Shown here one piece after another: positions 49,538 through 63,700 of a stretch of DNA of 64,000 bases. The notes under the pieces are model-generated. The model was not told the DNA's origin, searched no databases, and worked only from the letters and a program-made list of their open reading frames with translations. Within the stretch, counting starts at the first letter, position 1, and each line of letters opens with the position of its first letter. The stretch spans positions 4,810,914-4,874,913 of the forward strand of contig NC_134034.1 in assembly GCF_964204645.1 (NCBI RefSeq), read 5' to 3'. Position numbers and translations under genes: made by a program. The stretch comes from Tubulanus polymorphus. Taxonomy: Eukaryota; Animalia; Nemertea.

Positions 49538-51759
49538 TTAGAATTAAATCAAAAATATGTTTATTTTTTATAGAATGGAGACGAATGGAAGTAAAGCTCA
49601 CGGTCGAAATGAGGCGCAGCGTGACATCTTTACAAACCATTGCCCATTGTACTCAAAAACATATTACTTAAAACGCACTGGCCGAAATTGGGTATTGAAA
49701 TTGATTATAGTGAAAATGGACAGAGGCATCTGACTTGTGATGGATCGATATAAAATGAATGAGTGTTATGTCATACCACATACATTGATTTGGTAGGAGT
49801 AGAGAAATTTTATAGTGTCGCGGAACGTGACAATATTTAAAAAATTATATATTTTTTTGTAACATAGAACAATATTTAAATTGGGTTTTCTCGTGCTTTA
49901 CCGCAATATTCTCAGCGATACAAAAATAGTTACACGATTAGCTCCGTTCTGAATATTCGTCAGTTGAATTTTAGAACTTCGTTTAGCACGTTCGCGGTTT
50001 TGAATGTGTTATTCTGTTAATTGTTAGGACTAATATTAATATTTTGCTTTATGTATAAATAGTAGTGTAGCCATGGGACGACCCAATGATGGCACAAAAT
50101 AACAATGTAGTGTTATCTAAGCGTCAATCATTACGTCGTATAGTTTTAAAGGTTGGACCGTTCCTTCTATCTCAATTGCAAATAATATATATTTTTTGCA
50201 TTCATTTGGTTACTACCCAGGCATCACATTCACGTCCGAACAACGTTTTTTAAAGTTATGTTTTGACCTTGGAACGTTATTGAAAGACGTGATCAAAACG
50301 TAATGCCAACGTAATTATGGCTAATTGTTGGAATGTTATATATACGCTCAAGAGTACGTTTTTTCAACGTTCACCTATAACCTAAGAAACGTAAAACCAA
50401 CATTGATGAAACGTTCCAAACACCATAACACAACCATTTTCCAACATTCAACTAACAAAAATAATCTTGTATATTAACTGTAATAAAACTTTATTTGTCA
50501 AAAATAAAACTTGAATTATGTAGATTACATCTTACAAAAACACTAAAAAACAAAAACATTCTGCTCATATTAACAATAGTCCACTGTACATCTATGTTCA
50601 TGTAAATAAATATATCTTCTCAGACCATATTTATTAACAACCGTGATAAAATGTTTGAAAATTGCTAAGTAATAATTTTATCAATAAATGCAAATGAGAC
50701 ACAATTAAAGAATGATAGGAGAGTGAAACCATGCCTCCTTGGAAAGTGACTTAGAACAAAGTGTACTAGAATCCACAAACCTTCTTACCATTCTTATCTC
50801 CATGAAAATGGCTCAAGAGATTTGAGGCGAAATGTTGATACACCCTTACAATTTTTCTTCAATGATTGGTTTCATTCATCAACTGAATCAGACAGTAACT
50901 TGTTTTTGAAAACCAACGAGACGCAAATAGCTTTGTCTTTCAATAAAGGGAATGTAGAACTTCAAACAGTTGAGGAGTATAAAATGTTTAAAACCATACA
51001 AATTACTAGGTAAAAATCTAAATTTTATTAAATCAGAGATTTAAAGAGACGATGATTTCTAGAGTGTGGTCGAAATTTCGCATCCCTTTAAATCTTTGAT
51101 TTAATAAATTCTTGATTTTCAACTAGTAATTTGTTTAGTGGGTTTTTAACATTTATCTATCATTAACGTTTGAGTGAGGTGTATTCTACTAGTTGAGGAG
51201 TATGCATAATAATGCAATGAATTGCATGTAAAAGAAACAGGCATAATGGCCATTATCTCATGAATATTTGGCCACATGTTATAAAAATTAAATTAACTTC
51301 TTTAAATCGGGATCGAAAAACCGTCCACTAAATCAGCCACTAAATTCAGTCAGAATCTTCTTTGGGTCCAGGACAGGTATTTCTCTATAAATACAAGAAA
51401 AAGAAATCAAGATCATGAGCTTTATATGAAATAGGACTAAACTGGAGACTAGAAGGTCGACCACCAGTAACAACAAGCAATGACGAAACACTTGACCAGA
51501 TCATAACTAGGGAAATCTATAACTACTGTCTCGCGGAGCATAGACACCGTTACGGTATGTGCCATTGGTATTTTAAGGGCTATTCAGTTTACTCCAAAAC
51601 AAATCTCTGATAAGCTTTAAGAAGCCTCATATCAAGGGTATGTCGCTGACTCTTGACGCCCATGAATTATCATCCCATAATAACAATGAATCGAATTCTG
51701 CATGTACGTTAGTACGACTGATTATTAATCCAAATATTGTAAACATGACGTTAGAAAAT

Positions 51760-52455
51760 AAACTAGGGGTCCAGGGACACCATGCCCACTTTGGAAGTGG
51801 TTTGAAATGCTCAACAAACAGAAAATTTCAATATTCAACGCACCCTGGTGAACATATTAAGAAAGCAATGATCTTACAACTCACCACAATCATAGAACAT
51901 GTAATGAGCTACAATTTTGCAATTGATTGTGGTAACAAAATATGCCTAGAGACCATTACAATATGAACATACTAAGTTATTCTGCTATCAAATGCCCCCT
52001 GGTACATGACCATATACAAAAACTAACGGCCTTGAAACTCACCACAATCATAGAAAATGTCACAAGCTACAATTTTGCAATTCATTGTGGTTACAAAATA
52101 CGCCTGGTTACCAATAGAATATGAAAATAGTCAGTTATTCGGATATTTAACGCCCCCTGGTGATCAAAAAGAAAAACTTATGACCTTGAAATTCATCACA
52201 ATCATAGAAAATGCCACACACTACAATTTTACAATTCATTGTGGTTACAAAATATGTCTGGGTACCGATATAATAGGAAAGTATTATTGAAATTGAAATT
52301 GAAATTTATTTACACTCATCACCTCAACGAGAGGTATACAGAGGGACATCAAGAAGTATTTACAATTGTATAACATTCGTTATTAACATTAAGTTATTCG
52401 GCTATTCAACGCCCCCTGGTGACCATATACAAAAACAAATAACCTTGAAACTCAA
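51760..52455 (+). repeat. HINE-like element with ~128-bp tandem internal units
   Basis: Starts AAACTAGGGGTCC; about 4 units containing CCCCCTGGT...CACAATCATAGAA...CTACAATTTT. Confidence 0.6.
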
Positions 52456-53232
52456 AAGCGTTTTCCAGAGTTGCCACTTATGTGAAGCTAAAAATCCGGA
52501 AAATAATTGCTAAGCGCCAATAATCCCAACACACACGACTCGAAGCATTAAAACTTTGTCTTGTGATGCGAACGAGTTGGTTCATTTTGAAGGGAGACTG
52601 CTTCCTCGATGCATCTGAAAATAATTATGACAAACACTGAATAATAATTTTGACGAAATTAATCGTAGTGAATATTCTAAAGATTTTGTTTGGAATTTCC
52701 TGATTTCTGTAGTTGATACTGTTATGCATTTCAATCAAATACAATCACAATCTTACTCTGATTCTTCATCTGGGTTCCACGAGGGATCATAAAATTCATC
52801 ATCACCATTATCATCATCATCATAATTATCATCCATGAAATTTCTGTTATAATCTCTACTATTACCACCTTCGACGCGAAAATTTGATTTGGGGCACAAC
52901 AGCGTGCTCTGAACTGCTACTGATTTTTGAGCAAATGAGGTCTGCTGGGAAACACTTTTTGATGGTATTTCAATAGAGCATTGTGTTGAAATCTGGCGAC
53001 GTGCATATTGATAAGATATGCTGTACCGGTACTATGCCCTGTATTTGTTGAAGTAAATTCATTCTCTCTGATAAGAGTGGATGTTTCCTCAAGTATGCCC
53101 TCTAGGCTCTCCTCGACAAGAGTGGACGTGTCCTCAACTATGTCCTCTAGACTCACTTCGACAAGAGTGGCTATTTCATCCTTGATGGAATGGGAATCAA
53201 ACGTCTTGGGTGAAACTGCCTTGATGGGACTG

Positions 53233-53454
<222 letters not shown>

Positions 53455-53699
53455 GTATATAGGCCTGTATTAGATTTACTGAGCATATTGTGACAAAAAT
53501 ATTAGATATATAATAATAAAATAAGATACTGAAAACAATAGATTTGACCAAAAAAATGTACCGTACCTGAATATGCGCCCGTTTCTCAACTGCTCTACTC
53601 TTCCTCTCTGACTCTGCCCCAGAAGATTTTTGCCCCGTTGACGTAGTTGCTTAAGATAGAGTTTAAAAATTAAAAATTTTAGTCACAGCATCCGGTTTG

Positions 53700-53943
53700 A
53701 GCCTCATGATTTTTGGTTTAAACCAACGGAATCCGATAAAGACAACGGAATTTGGTAATCTTTTTCCGTGTAATGGGCACTACACAGACTCGAATGCTTC
53801 GTCAGCTGAAAGTTCTTTCTCCCACAAGCAAATATATCCATCGCTTGCATAAATCCTACGAATAGGGAATTTGTGAAATCCCACACTGCCAAAAGAATCA
53901 TTCTTACAATTGAACGCTACACAATACACCATTTGTTGTTCAT
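53700..53943 (-). pseudogene. THAP-domain remnant of a DNA transposon
   Basis: MNNKWCIV..., FHKFP in a shifted frame, ACGRKNF...SSLCSAHY. Confidence 0.65.
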
Positions 53944-53970
53944 AAAATAGCCTAACAACAATACAATCTG

Positions 53971-55156
53971 AACATAAGTTTAATAAATAACGTATCTACA
54001 ACATAAAATTACCAAATAAGGCTAAACAAAAATGATACCCTGTTTCTCCGCAGCGGCCGGGTCATTTTTGTAAAATATGATAAAATTTATAAACAGTTCA
54101 TTTCTATAGCGGCCGGGTCAGTTATGGTGAAATTGATCACGATTTTTAAAAAAGTAATGTATAGGGTAGATAGGCGGCCGGCCGGGTCAACATTTAAGCT
54201 CAGCAGAGTGGAGAAACAAGGTATCAATTTTTTTTGGCCTAAAGTAACTATTTTTTTTTCAAACAGCCTGTTTACAATAAAAATCTTAATCAGAAATACA
54301 ACTGTTATTTAGAATATTATTGCAGTGTACCAAGTGACTTAGAATGTCGCTGAAGACGACTGATGCCCCACAACGCGTTGTGGGGGCATAAAAAGTTTAT
54401 ACCTCTCGTGGGCGTAAAATGGTCCTGAGAACAATAAGAAACAGTAATTTATGAATGACAAGTTTTTGCACTCAGGGATTCAATTTGCTTGGAGAGATCA
54501 GCAATTCATTTTTTTCTTTGATGTAGCGGAATCGCGGAGTGTCACAGATTTGGTTATAAATTCATGGGTTTCAGCAAATTTTGTTTTTTTGCTGCCTGTT
54601 TCGCATAATTATCTGCCGACGATGTAAATGTGCTGATGTCTACTTCGAGTAGCTTCCTCTTAGCTTTTAATTCATCGAGCACATCCTGTTCGGCTTTTCT
54701 TTTCTTGGTGCGCTCTTGGTCACACTTTTTTTTCACATTCAAATAAGCTTGATACCTAATGTGGGCACTTGCCACACTAGCAATCCTTCACACACCCCTT
54801 ACCGCAGGAATATAATCACAAATCATTCTTTGTGCTACATACGCCTCTTCGTCAAGATTTCTGCTTCCACCTGACACAGTATATATCCTATGCTGGTATA
54901 ATGATGAATATATTAGATATGACTCATTACGCACCATCTATTTCAACTTACTATTCTAAGATTTCCTTACCAGGAAAATTTTTCTACCATTTCTCCTGTT
55001 GTTAACTGGCCACTAAGTTCGAGATCCGCGCTTTCTCCTTAACGACATCCAGATCAGGACGCGATTTTAAAGCTTCCTCCGATAAATATTCCAGGTGCTG
55101 CTCAATATTAACCGGGTCTTCCATTTCCATGTTATTAGTACTTCCTGAATAAAAAA
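53971..55156. repeat. Dispersed duplicated segment, copy 2 (hAT-like C-terminal remnant)
   Basis: Aligns with 377-1617. Confidence 0.9.
54020..54239. mobile_element. PIF/Harbinger MITE, 220 bp, TAA TSD
   Basis: ~30-bp TIRs (GGCTAAACAAAAATGATACCCTGTTTCTCC); the empty site CAAA-TAA-AGTAAC is present in copy 1 at ~424. Confidence 0.92.
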
Positions 55157-55614
55157 CCTATTGATTCTCATATAACTTATCTATGTAGACATGACAGAAG
55201 CAGAGATAAAAAGCTGCTTCGTTCAAATTGATTTCGAATAAGAAAGAAATCGTGGAAGGAACAGTGCTCGTAATCGGAGAATGCCGATTCATGTCCATCG
55301 GAAGGATTGATTTAGAGAATGAGGTAGGTCTAGAAGTTCTTAATGATAACACCATAGTAAAAAAAAAATCTGAATAGGCCTATTTATCATAAACAATGAA
55401 ATATGCAAATACTGATTCATTGTTTTACACGACATGCATTTGCTGCATACTTGTCAAAATACTGTATAAGAATTGGTTATGATAACCTGTTTTTTTAAAC
55501 CCAAATCTACATGAGGCCACTTGAATGTGGTATGCATCAGCTGATGAAGATGAAATGTATGTCCCTTGCGTTATACCGCTCGCTCAATTACAAAGAAAGT
55601 GGATGCATTTCTTG

Positions 55615-55745
55615 TGGAGAGAGGCGCGCAAATGGTTGAGGCTGCCAGTTAGAGGTCTTGTCAATCCAGTTTTTATGGGTTCAAACCCTGGTGGCGACAG
55701 AGTTTCTAGCTCTCTCCGGTCTCTCCCACGTTGGGAAAAAGAAAC
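55615..55745 (+). mobile_element. Possible tRNA-derived SINE head
   Basis: A-box-like GGCGCGCAAATGG and B-box GGTTCAAACCC; no full cloverleaf. Confidence 0.35.
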
Positions 55746-57864
55746 ATAAAACCCGCGTATAATGCCCTGCGCGGTGCTTAGTGGGTTGAGGGTGTTGAGA
55801 AAAATGAATTTCTTGTGTATCCCGAGGGGAAGAAACATCATCTAAGGCATCATCTAAGGCAGCCCTATAAGTGAAAAAGAGGCCAAATCCTCTAATTTGT
55901 TTTGTTCACTTTTGGCTGATTGAGTCATGCATGAATTATTCGAAGAAGTTGAGGAGCCTGCGCCCGAGGCAAGATCTGATCCGAAGGCGAACAACAGCAA
56001 CAAAAGATAAGTAATTGTATTACAAGCAGACCTAACAATGACAGAAAAATTAAATAACAATAACAAATAAGTGAAAGCAAAACCCCATGCACAGTAGTGT
56101 CCCAATATGGGGCATCAGCATTATTTCCCCTTCAATAATCAATTCATTTCAGACTATAATAAGAACAGCGATTGACATAAATTCGTTTACAGAAGAAAAT
56201 TTTACCACAAAGATCAAAGAAACAGTTGAAAGAGTATGTTAATTTGATGGACCTACATGTTAAATATGTTCGATTAAATTTCATTTTTCCAGATTGAGAG
56301 AACCCTTACAAGAAATCAATTACCATCAGATATAAACATCGTTTAAGAAATTAAAAAGAAAATGATGAACAAACGGCAACACGAAAAGAGGTATCTATCA
56401 TAATGATGTTTAAATCTAACTTTTTCATTATCTTTGACATCGCACTCAATGCTGAAATGATACATGTATATGTAATAAAGGAAAGAGAAAAAATCTGAAA
56501 TCAGAGGGACAGTAGGAAACATGCGATATGAAACATGAATTAGGAGTAATAGGGAGGTGCATAATTTTGAATATGAAAGGTATTGCTGATAAAACTTTCA
56601 ATCAATGTGATATTCACGAGATCAAAAGAATGAAGCCTTGATTATTTGTGTTTGAACTTGAATTCTTGCATTATCAATTATTATTATAAGAGCTTTTTAA
56701 AATCCAATCAATATTTTTAGAAAACGCTGCACTAGTTATTATCACTGAAAAAAATCTTAAAATATCCGCAGATTGGAAGAGTGGGAACAGACCGTCGATA
56801 CCTGCCACATTCATCAGCAACGAAGAGTGAAAGTATCAGAGGTATGAAAAAGAACCCTCCTTAATTAGTAACCTGCTGTAGGCCTACCCTTAGGTCAAGT
56901 TGAACTAGACATAAGTAGTAGGTAGGCCTGCTCCTTGACATATGACATCATCGTCAATCCTTAGAGTTATTATTGAATATTCCTATGTCATATCATTGGT
57001 TTATAAACATATGCCCATGATAAAAGCCTTTGCCACCATTACCACCTGGGCCCAGTTGCACAGGTTTGTGACTTGTGTCCAAAAATAATTTCTACATCAT
57101 AGGACTGATCATGGCGTCTTAAGTTGTTATATCGACTTCCGGTATAGATTTAAAATGGTCACAATTCAATTAATTGTGTGCTTTCAATTTCTAGTAAACA
57201 ATAGGACCTTCGTCAAATTTTTTTCGTAGGACAGGTGGTATCACGTTCGCGTGGTGTTGACAATCGACAATGGGAATGACCATTATTGTCAATGATATTA
57301 ATCGTAACTTCAAATTACAGTATAGGGTTTTGGCTTTTAACAATTACATGAATGTTATCTTTTCAGGCTGCTAAAAGATGCGAGACACAGGTTGCGAAAA
57401 AAGGTCCTTCACCAAAGACGTTTGGAGAAAAGCTGATCGCATTAGTTTGTCGCTTAAATGGACCTGTTATATCAGTCAGGACTATACAAAAGAACATCGG
57501 ACGTGGGTGCACAACATTGCACATTCAAAGTAACTTAGATCTAGTTAGGAAAGGGAGTGTTGGAAAATTGAAATGTTGCTGTTTCCACAGCGTTGTTTAG
57601 AATCGAATGTTAGATGAGCCTATTTGATTCTTACAAGTACCCCGGTCCCTACGGCTAAAAAGAAATAGTTTCTCTTAAAATCTGTGCTAAAATTTGTGGT
57701 CAGTACATTCCATAAATGCCGAGTCTGTTATTGTTAGCTTGTTAGCTTGAATAGTTTTTTTTATAAATTATAAATATGAATTATTAATCTAAGTATAGAA
57801 ATTTAAGTGAAAACATATAATTTATTCATTTTTATATATTTCAGCCAATTTAACAGTCTATTGC

Positions 57865-58167
57865 TTAATTTGAATTATGTAACCTATCATTTAATTCATG
57901 AATATATCTATGATTTCTCAAACTCTTTTCATTTTTATATCTTTTATTGCATATTTTACAGCATTTAATATTATTCAATCTATCTGAAATATAATTTATG
58001 TTATCTTTTAAATCTGTATATTTAATTTTGCAATTATCATAGAATTCTAACAACTGTTTTAATGAGTAAACTGAAAATGAAACTAATCCTGCAAGCATAA
58101 TAATTGATTTAATATTCTGTTGATTTTTATATATTAGATGTAATAAATTTAATATATTTTCACTCAT
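57865..58167 (-). CDS. Small TM + C2H2 zinc-finger protein (Maverick-like)
   Basis: CKICNKRYKNEKSLRNHRYIH; TAAATG start. Confidence 0.6.
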   Translation of the reverse strand: MSENILNLLHLIYKNQQNIKSIIMLAGLVSFSVYSLKQLLEFYDNCKIKYTDLKDNINYISDRLNNIKCCKICNKRYKNEKSLRNHRYIHELNDRLHNSN

Positions 58168-58187
58168 TTAATTATTCGATTAATTCA

Positions 58188-58388
58188 CTAATCTGATTCA
58201 ATAACTTTTTTATTTCGATGATTGTTTCCATTTAACTTCTTTAACTTTTTACTCAATTTAATGTTTTCATTCAATAGATCTTTTGAAATATTTTCATAGT
58301 AAAAGTATAATGCAGCCAATATCAACCCTTCTGCTACAAGATAATGTTTTAAATCACTTTTTTCAATTGGAATGCTGAAACCATCCAT
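58188..58388 (-). CDS. Small single-TM protein (Maverick-like)
   Basis: T-tract + TAAATG start; YLVAEGLILAALYFYY. Confidence 0.55.
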   Translation of the reverse strand: MDGFSIPIEKSDLKHYLVAEGLILAALYFYYENISKDLLNENIKLSKKLKKLNGNNHRNKKVIESD

Positions 58389-58429
58389 TTATTTAAGAGA
58401 AAAATTTAAAGTAATTTGAAATATCTTAT

Positions 58430-59023
58430 TTTGAATATTTAGAGTTGAATTATTATTTTTGAGTTATGATATTTTGATTTAAGATGGTGTGATTTATTGC
58501 TTCGAGTATAATATTTTCCGCAATCAATATTCCGCATAAAACGCTTTCAATGGGATTATATTTAGGTGTTTCGATTTTATTGTCTAAGTTACATTGAATT
58601 CCAACATCTTTGAATGATTTTTCATTTGGAATGTCAGGGATAAATCTTTTCTCTAGTAATCTGAAAAATAATACATAACATTCTCTGAAAGGGTAATAAC
58701 GTAAGTGTAGAAATAATGTTTTATGTGAATTTTCATTATTAGAAAGTGATTGTATTTCATCTGTAATTATTAAATGTTGATCTATTTCATCAAATGTTGT
58801 GAATTTTGGAATTATTGTATTGAATTAGATTTTATCTTTTTCATTGGATAACTCTATCATTAGATAATGATTTTTAAATATTAATTCAGTAATATTATTC
58901 ACTTGAAAACGAAAACGTCCAGTTTGAATCAAATATTTATATAGGAATAAAATTTCTAATTGTAAAATATTTTTCTAATTCATTTAAATCGATATCTTTG
59001 AACTGTAGTATCTGTTCATTCAT
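58430..59023 (-). pseudogene. Disrupted Maverick-like ORF with C-terminal zinc finger
   Basis: TAAATG start (MNEQILQF); terminal CGKYYTRSNKSHHLKSKYH; stops and frameshifts. Confidence 0.5.
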
Positions 59024-59278
59024 TTATTAGTCATTTTTTTATTAAAAATTAATAATTCTCGCACACTCGAATTTATTTTTCATTTTTTATGAGTTTCACT
59101 CCTAATTCAAGTAGAAATTATTATTATTTTCATATTTTTTCATTTTTTACTCACCCGCCCTTTCAACCTTTAACCTAGAACAACTAAACCCCTATTACTC
59201 TTAAAATATTCATATATATGAATAAAATATAAATGAATAACTTCTAAAATCAATTTTAATAATAAATTTATTATTAAA

Positions 59279-62200
59279 ATGGAAGCAAATAAGTACTACT
59301 GTCCAACATGTAATATCAATATAGATAATTCCCAAATATCAAGACACAATAAAACTAAAACACATTTAGAGAATAAATTGAAACTAGAATATAAAGATGA
59401 TATATTAGAAACTAAATTAGATGAATTAAAGAATGAAAAAGAAACATACAAATGTGAAACATGTAATCAATCATTCAGTGATAAAAGATATTATAATGAA
59501 CATTTAAAATCTAAAAGTCATATTAGAAATATGAATAATGATATTTTAGGTGAGGATTATTTTGATAATGACAATGATAAGAAACATAAGACAATTAAAA
59601 GAATAAGAAATAAATTAAACAATAAAAGACCATACATGGAAGATGTAAGAAATTATATTAATTCATTAGGTAATAAAAAAGATATAGAGATAACCGAAGC
59701 ATTCAAAAGTGATATTGGCCTAGCAGCTATCGAGTTTAAATTTCATAAAGGAAAAACATTAGAAGAAAATAAAAAACATTTAGAAAATATGAAAAATATT
59801 ATAAAAATAATAACTGATGTTGAATACCATAAAATTAGTATATCTTCTAAAGTAAAGTTTATAAAATCTGAAGATAAACCAATATATAATATAAATTCTC
59901 ATTCACAACATATTATATCCAAACAACATATAGATGAAAAATTAGATGAATGTTATAATGAAGTAAAAACTAAAATAGAAGAGAAATATTTTGAAGGATC
60001 TGGTTTAATATTTGATGAAATAATATTTATGACTTTACATGTTTATAACACAAAATATAATAAGTTAACTAAATCAAAACCAATTGATGAAAATAATGTA
60101 TCATATTATAAAGAACCAGATATTGAAGCATCGTGTTATATTAAACTACCATTTAAAACTAATGCTGTTATAAATGTACACAATTTTGATGATAAATGTT
60201 TTCTATGGGTTATAATTAGTTGCTTACATCCTGCAACTGATAATATTTGTAGATTAACTCATTATAAACCATTTGAAAATAATTATAAGATAGATAATTA
60301 TCCTGTTAGAATTAAAAATATCCCAAAAATAGAAAGAGATAATAATCTAAGAATAAATGTATTTGATTTAATCAAATTACCAAATACAAATGGTAACAAT
60401 ATAAAACATTATACATTAGAACCTTTATATCTATCAAAAGATTATGATTCAAACGATGTTATAGATATATTATATTATGAAAATCATTATATGTGGATTA
60501 AAAGAATTGATTTATTTTTTAAATGAGAAAATGATTTTGATAATAAAATATATCTATGTAGAAAATGTTTACATAAATTCAGAACTGAAAGTGCATTATT
60601 AAATCATAAACAATTATGTGAAAATCGTGATTATTGTAAATTAGTTTTACCAAATGAAAAGGATAAAATATTAGAATTCAAAAAATATGATTACAAAAAT
60701 AAAGTACCATTTGTTATATATGGAGATTTTGAATCATTAAATAAGGAACTAACTGATCAAGATAGAAAAAAAAATATATTATAAAAGAAAGAAATTAAAT
60801 TCTAATGAAAATGATTTTTCAGATGAACCACCAAAAACAAATACAATTAAAAAGATTCATCAATCAGCTGCTGCTTTCGGGTTATATATAAAATCTGATT
60901 ATCCAGAACTAATTGAAAGTGAATATTATCATTATAGAAATGAAAATGTTATCAATCATTTTTGTGACTTATTAATTGAATATGAAATAAGATTTAGTAA
61001 ATTATTGAATACAAATAAAGAAATTATAATGGCAGACGAAGATAAAGAAGAATTTGTGTTTACAGGTAAATGTTATTATTGTGAAAAGATATTTAATTAT
61101 AAAGATAAAAAAGTAAGAGACCATGATCATTTAAATGGAAAGTTTAGAGGCGCTGCACATGAGAATTGTAACTTACAAGCTAAGAAAATTAACTTTGTAC
61201 CAGTTATATTTCATAATCTATCAGGATATGATGCTCATTTATTTATCAAACAGCTATGTTATAAAATAGAATAAATCAATAATGAAATAGAAAGATTAAA
61301 TTCCAATGGATCAAAAGATAAAATACCAACTTATAAATTTAAAATGTTAGCTAAAACATCTGAGAATTATATATCATTTCAATTTGGTTGCCTAAGATTT
61401 ATAGATTCATATAGATTTTTAAATAGTTCATTAGATAACTTATCAAAATCATTAGTTGATGATGAATTAAACATATTAAAGCAACACTATCCAAATAATG
61501 ATGATTTCCAATTAATGAGATATAAAGGCGCAATTCCATATTCATTTTATAAATCACATAATTATTTCAATATAACTGAATTATTGAAAGAACAATTCTA
61601 TGATGAATTAAAAAATGAATATTTTAAAGATTAAGTATATAATAGAACATTGAATATTCGGAATCATTTCAAAATGAAAAATCATGGGCAATTAGTAGAT
61701 TTATATTTAAAATCAGATGTATTATTATTATCGGATATATTTGAAAGGTTTAGAGATGTAAACCTAAAATATTTTAACATTGATCCATGTCATTGTTATT
61801 CTAGTCCAGGTTTAACATGGGATTGTGGATTAAAATTTACAGATATAAAAATGGATTTGTTAACAAATATAGATCAATTATTATTATTTGAAAAATCTAT
61901 AAGAGGAGGAGCTTCAGGTGTATTAGGCGATAGATATTTCAATGTAAATGATAACCCCGGATATAAGTTATTATATATAGATGCAAATAATTTGTACGGT
62001 TGGGCAATGATGGAACCACAACCTTATGGAGTATTTGAAATAAGTGAAGTTTTACAACATGAAAATAATGATAAATTTGATTGGAAGAAAAGAATCTTAG
62101 ATATTGCAGATGATTCAGATACTGGTTACTTTTTTGTTGTAGATTTAGAATATCCTGAACATATTTAATTTAAATCTAGAAATCTAGCATACTGTCCAGA

Positions 62201-63242
62201 ACATAAAACTCTAACTCATGAAGAATTATCAAATTATCAAAAAAGAATTAAACCCGAAAATCATATTCATACAGAAAAGTTAATGGTAACTCAGGAAGAT
62301 AAATATAATTATGTAGTACATTATAGTATGTTAAAGTTTTATCTAAAACAAGGAATGATTCTAAAAAAAGTACATAGATATATTTCATTTAGTCAATCTA
62401 AATGGTTAGAAAAATATATAGATTTTAACACCAAACAGAGAACTGATTTCGAGAAAGATTTCTTCAAGTTAATGAACAATGCATTCTATGGTAAGACTTG
62501 TGAAAATATCAGAAATAGAAATGATATTGAGTTAGTAAGTAATGGCAAAAGGATAAGGCATTTACAAACTTATCCTAAATTTATAGGTAACAGAATATTT
62601 GATAAAAATTTAGCTGCAGTTAAGATAAGAAGAACATCTATGGAATTTAATAAACCAATTTATGTCGGAGCATCAGTTTTAGAAATATCAAAGTTATTAA
62701 TGTATGAATTCTATTATAATGTATTACAACCTCATTTTGGAGAAAAACATATAGAAATCTTATATTTTGATACAGATTCTTACATATTAAAGATAAAAAC
62801 TAATAACATAACTGATGATTTAAAAACATTAAAACATCATTTTGATTTCAGTAAATATCCTAAAGATCATGAATTGTTTAGCAATGATAATAAAAAAGTT
62901 CCTGGTAAATTCAAAGATGAATTAGGTGGTGAAGAAATGATTGAATTCATCGGTATTAGATCTAAAATGTATTCATATAAAACTAAAGAACATGAAGCTA
63001 AAAAGTTAAAAGGAATAACCAAAAGTGTAGTAGAAAAGAATATTCATTTCAAAGATTACATCAATTGTATATTCAATGAAGAAGTTAGAAAACATAATAC
63101 GAGATGTTTAAGATCTGAAGATCATGAAATGTTTATTGAAGAAATTGAAAAGATTAGTCTAAACCCATTTGATGATAAAAGATATATTTTAGATGATGGA
63201 ATTCATACAGTTGCTTATGGTTGTAATTTAGATGAATACTAA
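59279..63242 (+). pseudogene. polB: pPolB of copy 2, multiple stops and frameshifts
   Basis: Closely similar to 32282-36316 with the same motifs. Confidence 0.96.
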
Positions 63243-63332
63243 AAAATTTAAAAGAGAAGAAACAAAAGAGAATGAGATAATGAAAAGAATTCTAACGTGT
63301 AAATCAAATTTTAATAAAAATATGTTATTAAA

Positions 63333-63686
63333 ATGGAGAGTAAACAAACACACAGTGAGAACAACAAATTATTTCTAGATAGAATAAAAGATACTTCAAA
63401 TGTCAAATCAGTAGATTATAAATTTAAGAAGTTAATAGAATTAATAATCCATAAGAAATATCTAATTACAGATATTGTTACAGTTACTAACAAATATGGA
63501 GATAAATTAGTTATACACTTAGAATATGAAGGATTAAAAGGAAATACATATAAATTCAGAACATATTTACCAGATAGATTTCATAGATTATCAAGTGAAG
63601 ATCTAGAAGAATTATGTTCAGGTGATTTCTATTTCGTATACCAAGGTAAGAATGAGAAAGGGCACCATGAAATAGATTTCGAATAA
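63333..63686 (+). CDS. Small Maverick protein, putative OB-fold ssDNA-binding
   Basis: FKKL.EL...Y.I....NKYG..LVI....TYLPDRF pattern, directly after polB; conserved in copy 1. The fold is inferred. Confidence 0.65.
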   Translation: MESKQTHSENNKLFLDRIKDTSNVKSVDYKFKKLIELIIHKKYLITDIVTVTNKYGDKLVIHLEYEGLKGNTYKFRTYLPDRFHRLSSEDLEELCSGDFYFVYQGKNEKGHHEIDFE

Positions 63687-63700
63687 AATGTGTAAAATAA

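Noticed and set aside
49158-49671. 160-aa and 125-aa ORFs
   Set aside because: Open frames through a GC-rich MITE.
59054-59070. Flip/flop isomer of the hairpin loop
   Set aside because: TCGCACACTC versus TCACACGCTC differ by two substitutions and are not reverse complements.
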